Assembly: GCA_030041955.1 (NCBI GenBank)
Contig: JASIAO010000105.1
Span: 1 to 62,806 of the forward strand
Direction of reading: 5' to 3'
DNA: 62,806 bases
Origin: Acidobacteriaceae bacterium
GTDB lineage: Bacteria > Acidobacteriota > Terriglobia > Terriglobales > Acidobacteriaceae
Shown: piece after piece, positions 44,846 through 53,628 of the stretch
How the letters are laid out: each line of letters opens with the position of its first letter
How positions within the stretch are numbered: position 1 is the first letter of the stretch
Position numbers and translations under genes: made by a program
Notes under the pieces: generated by a model
The model's input: the letters and a program-made list of their open reading frames with translations, nothing else
The model's database searches: none
What the model was told of the DNA's origin: nothing

Positions 44846-45628
44846 ATGGATACCGCAGTTTTAATGGAACCAAAGCTCGCACTGTCTCGGCCTCTTGAAG
44901 GCAGAGTTGCTCTGGTGACGGGCGCATCTCGCGGCATTGGTCGAGCCATCGCAAGAGAACTCGCCGACCGCGGCGCTGTCGTCGTCATCAACTTCTTTAA
45001 CAGCATCGGCCGCGCTCAGGAACTGAGAGAAGACATCGAAAGATCCGGTGGCGAAGCCTGTCTGATGCAGGGAGATGTCTCGAACCGGCAGGAAGCCCGC
45101 CGGGCGATTCACAAACTGCTCGAGGTATATGGCAGGCTCGACATCCTGGTGAACAATGCGGGAATCACGCGGGACCGGTCCATCCGCAAGATGACGGACA
45201 GCGACTGGCTGGAAGTGATCGAAACCAATCTGAACAGTATGTTCTACTGCACCAGCGCAGCCGTTCCGGCGATGGTCGAACACAAGTACGGCCGGATCGT
45301 AAATATCGCTTCATTTTCCGGGCAGGCCGGCAATTTCGGTCAGGCGAATTATGCGGCGAGCAAAGGCGGAATTATCGCTTTCACCAAGGTCCTTGCCCTG
45401 GAGCTGGCGAAATACAACATCACCGCCAACGTGGTGGCTCCTGGTTTTACCAGCACCGACATGCTCGCCGCAGTGCCGGGCGAAATCCAGGATCAGATCA
45501 GGACCAGGATTCCGCTGGGGCGCTTTGCCGAGCCGCTCGAGATCGCAAAAGCCGCCGCCTTCCTTATTTGCGACGGCGATTATGTGACCGGCCAGCAAAT
45601 CAACATCAATGGGGGAATTTATATGTAA
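44846..45628 (+). CDS. phaB: Acetoacetyl-CoA reductase / 3-oxoacyl reductase (SDR)
   Basis: ATG at 44846 has AAGGAGG upstream. VALVTGASRGIGRAIA, NYAASKGG, GQQININGG. Confidence 0.85.
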   Translation: MDTAVLMEPKLALSRPLEGRVALVTGASRGIGRAIARELADRGAVVVINFFNSIGRAQELREDIERSGGEACLMQGDVSNRQEARRAIHKLLEVYGRLDILVNNAGITRDRSIRKMTDSDWLEVIETNLNSMFYCTSAAVPAMVEHKYGRIVNIASFSGQAGNFGQANYAASKGGIIAFTKVLALELAKYNITANVVAPGFTSTDMLAAVPGEIQDQIRTRIPLGRFAEPLEIAKAAAFLICDGDYVTGQQININGGIYM

Positions 45629-45644
45629 CAGTCGTTGTATTGTT

Positions 45645-46712
45645 TTAGCGGGAGCGGGCGCTCAGCCACGCGTCGATATGCGGCCACGTGGTTCTGGGCG
45701 CCGCGCTTCCCGCCATAATTCCAATGTGGCCGCCCGGGATCCTGTACAACTCCTTATCCCGGCTTCCGGCTTTGGCGAGAATCGCCTCCGACTGACAAGG
45801 GGGCGTAATGTGATCGCCCTCCGCGATCACGGTGAGCAGATTCGCTCGAATCCTCCGCAGATCCACCCGCTTCCCGCGCACCACCAGTTCGTTCTTCATC
45901 AGGCGATTGTGCCGGTAGAGTTCCACAATCAGCTGCCGATACGCGCCGCCCGCCATGGGAACATTGTCTGTCACCCATGTATTCATCGCGTGCCAGGCTT
46001 CCACCACCTGGGGATCGTCGAGGTTGTCCCACAGTTTGCAGTAGTTGGTGATGTAATTCTCCACCGGCTTCAGAGCCTTGGCTCCGTAGTCGATCATCTC
46101 GCCGGGCATGTTGCCGAAAGCATCCAGAATGGTGTCGACATCGAAATACTTTTCGTCGGTCCAGCGAGCAAAGGTAATGCCATTGCGATTGGAAAAATCC
46201 AGCGGCGCGGTCAGCAGCAACAGGTTGCGCAACCCTTCATCGGGCCGCATCGCCGCATAGATCGTGGTCAGGATCGCGCCGATGCACCAGCCCAGCATAC
46301 TGAACTCTTCGCACTCGGCAGCGGTCTTCACCTTGCGGATCGCGCGCGGCAGATACTCCAGGGCGTAATCGTCCAGCTTCATATGACGGTCTTCAAATCC
46401 CGGCACGCCCCAGTCCAGCAAATACAGGTCATAACCCTGGCCCAGCATGTACTCGACGAAGCTGTGTCCCGGCCGCAAATCGAGAATCGAGGGACGGTTC
46501 ATGATCGCGAAGATCAGCAACAGCGGAATGCGATGCCGATCCCGGGCGGCGAGTACCGGCGTGTAACGGTACAGCTTCGCTTTATTGAGCGCCCAGATCA
46601 GTTCCTTCGGCGTCTGCGCGATGGGCGCTTTGGTGGTCAGCACGCGGTTGAAAGCCAGCAGGCGCCGTCCGAGGTCGGCGAACGGATTCGGAGATGCGAC
46701 ATAAGATGCCAT
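45645..46712 (-). CDS. phaC: Class III/IV-type PHA synthase catalytic subunit
   Basis: 355 aa. Lipase box GWCIG. PLLLIFAIMNRPSILDL. Confidence 0.88.
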   Translation of the reverse strand: MASYVASPNPFADLGRRLLAFNRVLTTKAPIAQTPKELIWALNKAKLYRYTPVLAARDRHRIPLLLIFAIMNRPSILDLRPGHSFVEYMLGQGYDLYLLDWGVPGFEDRHMKLDDYALEYLPRAIRKVKTAAECEEFSMLGWCIGAILTTIYAAMRPDEGLRNLLLLTAPLDFSNRNGITFARWTDEKYFDVDTILDAFGNMPGEMIDYGAKALKPVENYITNYCKLWDNLDDPQVVEAWHAMNTWVTDNVPMAGGAYRQLIVELYRHNRLMKNELVVRGKRVDLRRIRANLLTVIAEGDHITPPCQSEAILAKAGSRDKELYRIPGGHIGIMAGSAAPRTTWPHIDAWLSARSR

Positions 46713-46714
46713 GG

Positions 46715-47206
46715 CTACCTCTGCGGGGGTCCCACTCCACGCCGAACAAATCGCCGCCCCCCCCTGGAACGATTCGCCGACGCGGTCGCTCTGGTGCCGG
46801 TGTTTTTCCCTGGTGCTGCCGCCGCGCTTGCGCGTGGAGCGGGCTCCGATTTCGACGCCGGCCCGTCCGGGTGAAAGCGTAGTTGAATCGCGTCCAGTTT
46901 GGCGTCGATATCATCCAGCCGCATTTCGACATTGGTGAAGCGCTCTGCAAGAGCGGCCACCTCCTGTCTGGAGGGGAGGGAAAGTTGCTGCAGCGCCTGA
47001 AGCATGGATTTGTCGACCGCTTCGCGCAATGGCGCCGAAGCGCTCAAATATCCTTCCAGCATGGCCCCGGTGGCCTGCGCGTAGGCCTCACTGTTCACTG
47101 CCTCCACCATTGTTTTGGCCATCGCATCGAGGTAGGCGTCGCGCATGGCTCGGAGGGGTTCCAGCGGATCGGCCGGTTTCGAGGTCTTTTCGTTAGCTTC
47201 GTTCAT
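46715..47206 (-). CDS. phaE: PHA synthase small partner subunit (PhaE/PhaR-type)
   Basis: ATG at 47206 has AAGGAGG upstream. LSLPSRQEVAALAERFTNVEMRLDDIDAKLD is the conserved C-terminal helix of PhaE-type subunits. It lies directly upstream of phaC. At 163 aa it is short. Confidence 0.65.
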   Translation of the reverse strand: MNEANEKTSKPADPLEPLRAMRDAYLDAMAKTMVEAVNSEAYAQATGAMLEGYLSASAPLREAVDKSMLQALQQLSLPSRQEVAALAERFTNVEMRLDDIDAKLDAIQLRFHPDGPASKSEPAPRASAAAAPGKNTGTRATASANRSRGGRRFVRRGVGPPQR

Positions 47207-47327
47207 GAACAGCGCCTCCTTTCGGACCACACGAAGCATACACCCACCCGGACAGGCAGGCTATGCTTCGTGTCCCATTGGGCCGGAGCGCGATTGCGCA
47301 TTAGCCGGTCCGCCGAAAATGACCCGT

Positions 47328-47903
47328 TTACCGGACTGCCATGTCCAGAAGCTCTTTTTGCGCGTCAACGATCGCATCCACTCCGCGCTGGATCGAATCG
47401 GACGCAGTTTCCCCCGGGCTTCCCTTAACGCCGAACTGCTCGTTGGATGTTTCAACGATCGCCTTTGCCTGCGCCGCCACCTGCTCCAGCACTTTCTTCT
47501 GCAGTGCAACAACGCGTTCCACTGACTTCTTCGCGAAGCCGTCGGCATCCTCGGTAACCCTGGTCGCTGCCGTGGTGCGCTCCTTCACCAGGTCGGCAAA
47601 TGCATGGCTCTGCTCTACGACCAGGTCGATCGCCGCTTTCTGAATCTCCGCATACCTGCCGAAGCCACTGCTCTCCAGTTCCAGCATGAACAGCCCCGGT
47701 GCGCCCGGCAGTTTCTGCAGACTGTTCTTCCACAGATTCACGAGTTCACTGTTATGTTGGACCGCAATTTCGATACCCTTCTTCTGCACTTCGGCAATGC
47801 GCTCCACACCGGAGGTAAAAAGCGTTGCCACTTCGCCAAAATCAATCTTCGCCGGCGGTTCGGGCGCCGCCGCATCCCGATGGATCCTCTGGGTCGCATT
47901 CAT
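47328..47903 (-). CDS. Phasin family protein
   Basis: Alpha-helical, Ala/Glu/Lys/Gln-rich, 191 aa, located between phaCE and phaR. Confidence 0.6.
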   Translation of the reverse strand: MNATQRIHRDAAAPEPPAKIDFGEVATLFTSGVERIAEVQKKGIEIAVQHNSELVNLWKNSLQKLPGAPGLFMLELESSGFGRYAEIQKAAIDLVVEQSHAFADLVKERTTAATRVTEDADGFAKKSVERVVALQKKVLEQVAAQAKAIVETSNEQFGVKGSPGETASDSIQRGVDAIVDAQKELLDMAVR

Positions 47904-47921
47904 TTGGCTCCCTGCCTTCCC

Positions 47922-47950
47922 ATGCTGCACTGTATGCTGCGTTGCAGCAT
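47922..47950. promoter_or_regulatory. Candidate PhaR operator (TGC-rich repeat and palindrome)
   Basis: ATGCTGC (47922-47928) is followed by the perfect dyad ATGCTGC-GTT-GCAGCAT (47934-47950) in the phasin/phaR divergent gap. Confidence 0.35.
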
Positions 47951-48005
47951 GGCTCCATATTACTCCGGCTCCCCAGGATGTCAAGCGCTAAAATGAAATG
48001 CCGAC

Positions 48006-48587
48006 ATGCCGCAGAAAACCGTTCTGATTAAGAAATACGAAAACCGCCGCCTCTACGACGCGACCAGCAGCCGGTATGTGAATCTCGAGGACGTAGCCGA
48101 GATGCTGAGGAAAGGCCAGGATGTCCGTGTCGTCGATGCCGCCTCCGGCGCGGACATTACCCGCCTTATTCTGACCCAGATCATCATCGAAGACGCGAAG
48201 ACTCCGGATTCCGCCTTTCCACTGGATCTCCTTCGCCAGATGATTGTCACTTCGGGCCGGGCCAGCCAGGAAACCGCCCTGCACTATATGAAAGCTATGC
48301 TGGATCTCTATCAGGACACCTACCGGGCCATGTCGCCGGCCGTAAATCCATTTGCGGTTTTTCAGCGGGGCTCGAGGCCGGAGACCGGCGCCAGTCAGAA
48401 TCAGCCGGCGCAACCTGCCCACCAAAGCGCGCAGGATGCGGAGCCGGATACGGAACAAATGAGCGAGTTGCGACAGCGGGTGGCCGATCTCGAGAAACTG
48501 GTCACCTCCCTGGCGCCCCGGCGACGCCCCTCACCACGCAAGCCTGAGCGCAGAAAGAAGAGGGTCCGCCCAAACGCGAATGATTGA
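48006..48587 (+). CDS. phaR: Polyhydroxyalkanoate synthesis repressor PhaR
   Basis: IKKYENRRLYDATSSRYVNLEDVAEMLRKGQDVRVVD is the canonical PhaR N-terminus. Confidence 0.9.
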   Translation: MPQKTVLIKKYENRRLYDATSSRYVNLEDVAEMLRKGQDVRVVDAASGADITRLILTQIIIEDAKTPDSAFPLDLLRQMIVTSGRASQETALHYMKAMLDLYQDTYRAMSPAVNPFAVFQRGSRPETGASQNQPAQPAHQSAQDAEPDTEQMSELRQRVADLEKLVTSLAPRRRPSPRKPERRKKRVRPNAND

Positions 48588-48688
48588 GAGGCGGCGACAG
48601 AATTCTTCGCAACCCCCCGTCTGGAGCGATACAGGGGCACAGAGAATTTCTTTCGAACTGCATCCCCGCTTTCCCGGCCGACAGGTTT

Positions 48689-50512
48689 TCAACCTCGCTG
48701 CAAGTACCCGGCGTTGCGCAGAATGCGACGGACTTTCTTCGGGGAAACGGACAGCCGCTCCGCAACTCGCGAAATCCTGCGCTCTTCGCGCAACCAGACT
48801 TTTGGAATAACGATCTCGGCAAACTCTTCTGTAATCTGCTGAAATGTTTTATCTCCCACAGTGCCCTCAGACCAGCTGCGCAGCATGTCGGCGATGCCGG
48901 AGGCCTGCACGACCCGCGATTTGAGCGATGCCAGTTCTTCGGTCAGATGATCGTTATCGCCCGCGTCCATCAGACTGGCGGCTTCGCTGGCACAGCGACG
49001 CGCTTCTTCCCAGTCCTGAAAGAACTCGTTGGCGGCGGTGATGCCACGCGCAATCCACGCGCCCGCCACGAGTCGCCGATTCTGGGTATCCCGGGCGAGG
49101 TTAAGGGCTTCCTCGCTGTGCTCGCGGGCGCGATTGGCATAGACGGCAAGGTCCACGTCTTCTCCGAGCTGTTCCTCCACGTGCGCATTCTCAGCAGCGG
49201 ATTGCAGAATTCGCGCACGGGCCATCAGAATGCGGTCGTTCTTCTCGAATCCGATGCGGTAGGCCTCAGCCGCCTCTTCCCTGGCGCGGTCGATGTCTCC
49301 GCGGTCCAAATGCAGGTAGCCAAGATTGAACACCACGTTTCCTGTTCCCCCCAGATGGCTGTGCATGTCATAAATCTGGCGCGCTCTTCTGAGATCCAGA
49401 ATGGCGTCGTGACATATCTGCTGGTGACGAGAGCGGAGATTGCCGACATCTGTGCCTGCGGACTTGCCCTCAACTCCGGACCGGCATTGGGCGTCGATCT
49501 TCTTTCGAAGCTGGAGAGCGAGCAGTCGCCGCACGTACGCTGCGTTCACGAGAGCGCGAGCCAGATTCAGATGATTCGGATCGGCCTTCGCATATATGGC
49601 TATGGAGCGATCGAAATGTTCGAGTGCCCGCGCGTATTCGCCTGAGCGGCGCACGATGCGGCCGCGAGCCGACTCGATATTGCCGAGGACGACAAAGTGA
49701 TCGGTCCCCTGCAGAATGTGTTCAGCATGCGTCAGGAGACGAAGCGCCTCTCTGCGCATTCCTTGCTGAAACAGCAGCCAGCTTTCCTGGACCTGTATAA
49801 CCGCCGTGAAGAGCTCATCATGGGATTTCTGCGCAATCTCACGAGCACGAACAATATGCAAAAGAGCCGTCTCGTACTCACCCTTCTTCCTGTGCGCGCG
49901 CCCCTTCCAGAAATGCGCCAGCGCTTCGAGGGAGTCGTCCGGAAGATCGCGCCCCATTTTTAGCACCACGTCGAGCGATTCGATTGCCGCCACGGCATCT
50001 TCGGTCGAGAGCGCTCGATACGCTTCTGCCATGCGCAAGCGGAGATAATCACCGATAGGAAGGCATTTGCGCCGCTCTGCCGGCACGCGGAGAAGCAGAA
50101 AATTCAGAAAGTGGTGATCGCGGTACCCCACATCCACCCATTGCGCAACCAGCAGCAGCAGGCGGGCGGCATCGGGGTCGTCGGGATTCAGGTTAGCCAA
50201 TGCCGCTTCTGCCGAATCGAGCATCGCCTTTCCCGCAGCAATATGGCGCACCTGCAGCGTACGGCATAAGGCGTCGGCAATGGGGCCGAGACTCGCTCCC
50301 GTGCCGCCCTCAAACGATTGATCCGTTTCGGACGAGGGTATCATCGGGGCGCTGTAAGGAGTGATCTGAGCCCCCTGCGAACGCAAATCGCGTTTGAGGG
50401 AGGCCTTCCTGTGCAGGGCTTTCTGCATTTCGTCGAGATTATGACCTTTTCCTGGCAGTTTCGTCCAGCCGTCCGAATCGGACGACCACCCCTTGTGATT
50501 GGCGGGGAGCAT
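48689..50512 (-). CDS. TPR-like repeat protein with C-terminal Fis-type HTH (putative regulator)
   Basis: 607 aa, helical-repeat-rich. The last 45 aa, RISRVAERLSVSPKKVRRILRNAGY, are a Fis/NtrC-type HTH. Divergent from aceA. Confidence 0.6.
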   Translation of the reverse strand: MLPANHKGWSSDSDGWTKLPGKGHNLDEMQKALHRKASLKRDLRSQGAQITPYSAPMIPSSETDQSFEGGTGASLGPIADALCRTLQVRHIAAGKAMLDSAEAALANLNPDDPDAARLLLLVAQWVDVGYRDHHFLNFLLLRVPAERRKCLPIGDYLRLRMAEAYRALSTEDAVAAIESLDVVLKMGRDLPDDSLEALAHFWKGRAHRKKGEYETALLHIVRAREIAQKSHDELFTAVIQVQESWLLFQQGMRREALRLLTHAEHILQGTDHFVVLGNIESARGRIVRRSGEYARALEHFDRSIAIYAKADPNHLNLARALVNAAYVRRLLALQLRKKIDAQCRSGVEGKSAGTDVGNLRSRHQQICHDAILDLRRARQIYDMHSHLGGTGNVVFNLGYLHLDRGDIDRAREEAAEAYRIGFEKNDRILMARARILQSAAENAHVEEQLGEDVDLAVYANRAREHSEEALNLARDTQNRRLVAGAWIARGITAANEFFQDWEEARRCASEAASLMDAGDNDHLTEELASLKSRVVQASGIADMLRSWSEGTVGDKTFQQITEEFAEIVIPKVWLREERRISRVAERLSVSPKKVRRILRNAGYLQRG

Positions 50513-50541
50513 CGGATTTACTCATCTCACACAGACGAGTA

Positions 50542-50560
50542 GTCCGTCTGCTGGACGGAC
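50542..50560 (+). promoter_or_regulatory. Perfect 7-bp dyad / hairpin in the aceA leader
   Basis: GTCCGTC-tgctg-GACGGAC lies 3 nt before the GGAGG RBS of aceA. Confidence 0.3.
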
Positions 50561-50575
50561 CCGGGAGGATTGAAC

Positions 50576-51886
50576 ATGCTGCATTCCAGAACGAACGAGT
50601 GGTCTTCCCCGCGCTGGGAAGGAATCCGCCGGCCCTATTCAAAGGAAGAGCTGCGCCGTCTTCGCGGCACGGTGCGCGTGGAATATTCCATTGCGCGCGA
50701 AGGCGCCGAAAAGCTCTGGACGTTGCTCCACCAGGAGAGCTACATAGCTGCCCTTGGGGCGCTCACGGGCAACCAGGCTGTGCAGATGGCGCAGGCGGGA
50801 CTCAAGGCCATTTACCTGAGCGGCTGGCAAGTGGCCGCCGATGCGAATCTCAGCGGACAGATGTATCCGGACCAGAGCCTTTATCCGGCAAATAGCGTTC
50901 CCGCCGTGGTGCGTGCGATCAACAATGCACTGATCCGCGCTGACCAGATCGCTCATGCCGACGGACAGCAGCATATCGACTGGATGCTCCCTATCGTCGC
51001 CGATGCCGAAGCGGGATTCGGCGGTCCTCTGAACGCATTTGAGCTGACCAAAGCGATGATTGAAGCCGGCGCGGCGGGCATCCATTTTGAAGACCAGCTC
51101 TCGTCCGCCAAGAAATGTGGGCACATGGGCGGCAAGGTGCTGGTGCCCACACGGGAAGCTATCCAAAAGCTGATCGCGGCTCGGCTGGCGGCCGACGTTC
51201 TGGATGTCCCCACGATTCTGGTGGCGCGCACCGATGCGGACGCGGCCCAGCTCATTACCAGCGACTGCGACCCTGTCGATCGGCTATTCCTGACCGGTGA
51301 GCGCACCGTCGAGGGCTTCTTCCGCTTCCGTGGCGGTCTTGAGGCGGCGATCGCTCGCGGGCTCGCCTACGCACCCTGGGCCGACGTCATCTGGTGCGAA
51401 ACGTCTGAACCGAACCTGGAAGACGCCAGAACGTTCGCCGCGGCAATCCGTGGCCGCTTCCCGGACAAGCTGCTGGCGTACAACTGCTCGCCGTCTTTTC
51501 ATTGGGAAGGCAAGCTGAGCAAACACCGGATTGCCGATTTCCAGAGAGAACTTGGCGCCATGGGCTACCGTTTCCAGTTTGTAACACTGGCGGGTTTCCA
51601 TGCGCTCAACCTCTCGGCCTTCGAACTGGCGCATGAGTACGCGCGTTCGGGGATGGCGGCCTATACGCGGCTGCAGGAACGCGAATTTGAGCTGGCCCGC
51701 AATCACGGTTATGGTGCCGTGAAACACCAGCGGTTTGTCGGCACTGGGTACTTCGACCGCATAGCAACCACCATCGCCGCCGGCGAAACTTCGACCTGCG
51801 CGCTTCCCGGTTCCACGGAAGAAGAGCAATTCTATGATGCTCGCGATCACGCTCCGACATTGTCCGAGTTACGGGCAGAGATTTAG
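50576..51886 (+). CDS. aceA: Isocitrate lyase
   Basis: KKCGHMGGK catalytic motif and [11 protein letters not shown]-terminus. ATG 50576 (GGAGG 7 nt upstream) is preferred over TTG 50570. Confidence 0.93.
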   Translation: MLHSRTNEWSSPRWEGIRRPYSKEELRRLRGTVRVEYSIAREGAEKLWTLLHQESYIAALGALTGNQAVQMAQAGLKAIYLSGWQVAADANLSGQMYPDQSLYPANSVPAVVRAINNALIRADQIAHADGQQHIDWMLPIVADAEAGFGGPLNAFELTKAMIEAGAAGIHFEDQLSSAKKCGHMGGKVLVPTREAIQKLIAARLAADVLDVPTILVARTDADAAQLITSDCDPVDRLFLTGERTVEGFFRFRGGLEAAIARGLAYAPWADVIWCETSEPNLEDARTFAAAIRGRFPDKLLAYNCSPSFHWEGKLSKHRIADFQRELGAMGYRFQFVTLAGFHALNLSAFELAHEYARSGMAAYTRLQEREFELARNHGYGAVKHQRFVGTGYFDRIATTIAAGETSTCALPGSTEEEQFYDARDHAPTLSELRAEI

Positions 51887-51929
51887 CCGGCCCCGGAGAG
51901 TTGTTTCCCCCTAAGAGGAGATATCGACC

Positions 51930-53519
51930 ATGACGACAGTCGCGACGGTCCAGGAACACGAAATGCTTCCGGATGGGCCGGACTCGGACATCCTCACACC
52001 CGAGGCGGTCCAGTTCCTGCGGGAGCTGGATTTCCGCTTCGACTCCCGCAGGCTCGGACTGCTCGCTGAACGCCGCACACGTCAGCAGTTGTTTGACGGT
52101 GGCTCTTTGCCCGGCTTCCTGCCGGAGACGGAAGGCATCCGCCGCGGAGACTGGATCGCGGCCGTAATACCGCCGGAATTGCTGGATCGTCGGGTGGAGA
52201 TCACCGGCCCAACGGACCGGAAGATGGTGATCAACGCTCTCAACTCAGGCGCTAATGTGTTCATGGCGGATTTTGAGGACGCTAATTCGCCAACGTGGAG
52301 TAACTGTATCGAGGGCCAGCGCAATCTGCGCGACGCCAATCTGCGCTCCATCAGCTGGTGTTCCGCCGAGGGCCGGATATACGAACTGAAGCCCAATCCG
52401 GCCGTCCTCTTCGTCAGGCCGCGGGGATGGCACATGGTTGAGAAGCACTTCTGTATCTCGGGAGTCCCAATTTCAGCCTCTCTGTTCGACTTCGGCCTCT
52501 ACTTCTTCCACAATTACAAAATCCTCCGTAAGCGCGGTTCTGCCCCTTATTTTTATCTGCCCAAGATGGAGAGTCATCACGAAGCGCGCCTCTGGAACGA
52601 TGTCTTTCTTTTCGCGCAGGAGTATGTGGGGATTCCGAAAGGAACGATTCGCGCCACCGTTCTGATCGAGACCATTTCTGCAGCCTTCGAGATGGACGAA
52701 ATACTCTTTGAACTTCGCGAGCACTCTGCCGGCCTCAACTGCGGGCGTTGGGATTACATCTTCAGCTTCATCAAGAAATTCCGCAGCCGCCCTGATTTTG
52801 TGCTTCCCGATCGCGGCTCGGTCACGATGGACCAGCCATTTCTCCGGTCCTATGTGGAACTGCTGATTCACACCTGCCACCGCCGGCGAATCCATGCGAT
52901 GGGGGGAATGGCCGCTCAGATTCCCATTCGCAACGATGCGCGTGCCAACGAAGAGGCCATGGAACGGGTTCGCCAGGACAAGCTGCGCGAGGTTCTGGCC
53001 GGACACGATGGAACGTGGGTCGCTCATCCGGGCCTGGTGCCGGTAGCGCGGGAGATCTTTGATGAGCACATGCGGGGGAAAAACCAGATCCGGATGCCTC
53101 AGGACAGATGCGCGCGAATTGCTGAAAAAGACCTGCTCGAGGTCCCTCGGGGCCGAATCACGGCTGCCGGTGTGCGGCGCAACATCGATGTTGCGCTGCA
53201 ATATCTGCAATCCTGGCTCAGCGGCAATGGCTGCGTACCCATTTACAACCTGATGGAAGACGCGGCGACTGCCGAAATCTCCCGGGCTCAGCTATGGCAG
53301 TGGATCCACCACGGCGCTCGCATGGAGGATGGCCAAACCGTTACCTTTAAATATTGCGAGAAGGTTCTCTCAGAGGTTCTCGGGCAGATGCGTAGCTCCA
53401 TCGGAGAAACAGAGTGGGCGAAGTCCCGCTTTTCTGAGGCCGCGGAACTGCTGAAGGATCTGAGCAGGGGGGAGTTCAGGGAATTCCTGACGACCGCCGC
53501 CTACGCTGATCTTGAGTAG
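51930..53519 (+). CDS. aceB: Malate synthase A
   Basis: 529 aa. FMADFEDANSPTW, YFYLPKMESHHEARLWNDVF and GGMAAQIP motifs. Confidence 0.93.
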   Translation: MTTVATVQEHEMLPDGPDSDILTPEAVQFLRELDFRFDSRRLGLLAERRTRQQLFDGGSLPGFLPETEGIRRGDWIAAVIPPELLDRRVEITGPTDRKMVINALNSGANVFMADFEDANSPTWSNCIEGQRNLRDANLRSISWCSAEGRIYELKPNPAVLFVRPRGWHMVEKHFCISGVPISASLFDFGLYFFHNYKILRKRGSAPYFYLPKMESHHEARLWNDVFLFAQEYVGIPKGTIRATVLIETISAAFEMDEILFELREHSAGLNCGRWDYIFSFIKKFRSRPDFVLPDRGSVTMDQPFLRSYVELLIHTCHRRRIHAMGGMAAQIPIRNDARANEEAMERVRQDKLREVLAGHDGTWVAHPGLVPVAREIFDEHMRGKNQIRMPQDRCARIAEKDLLEVPRGRITAAGVRRNIDVALQYLQSWLSGNGCVPIYNLMEDAATAEISRAQLWQWIHHGARMEDGQTVTFKYCEKVLSEVLGQMRSSIGETEWAKSRFSEAAELLKDLSRGEFREFLTTAAYADLE

Positions 53520-53628
53520 CTGCGGGAATCGGCGATCATTACGGCACGCCGATCCATTCTCAATCGAGCGGGAAACGCGATGTGCATCGCGGCAGGTCGA
53601 CCATACCGAGGCGCTTCCGCGTCGATGT

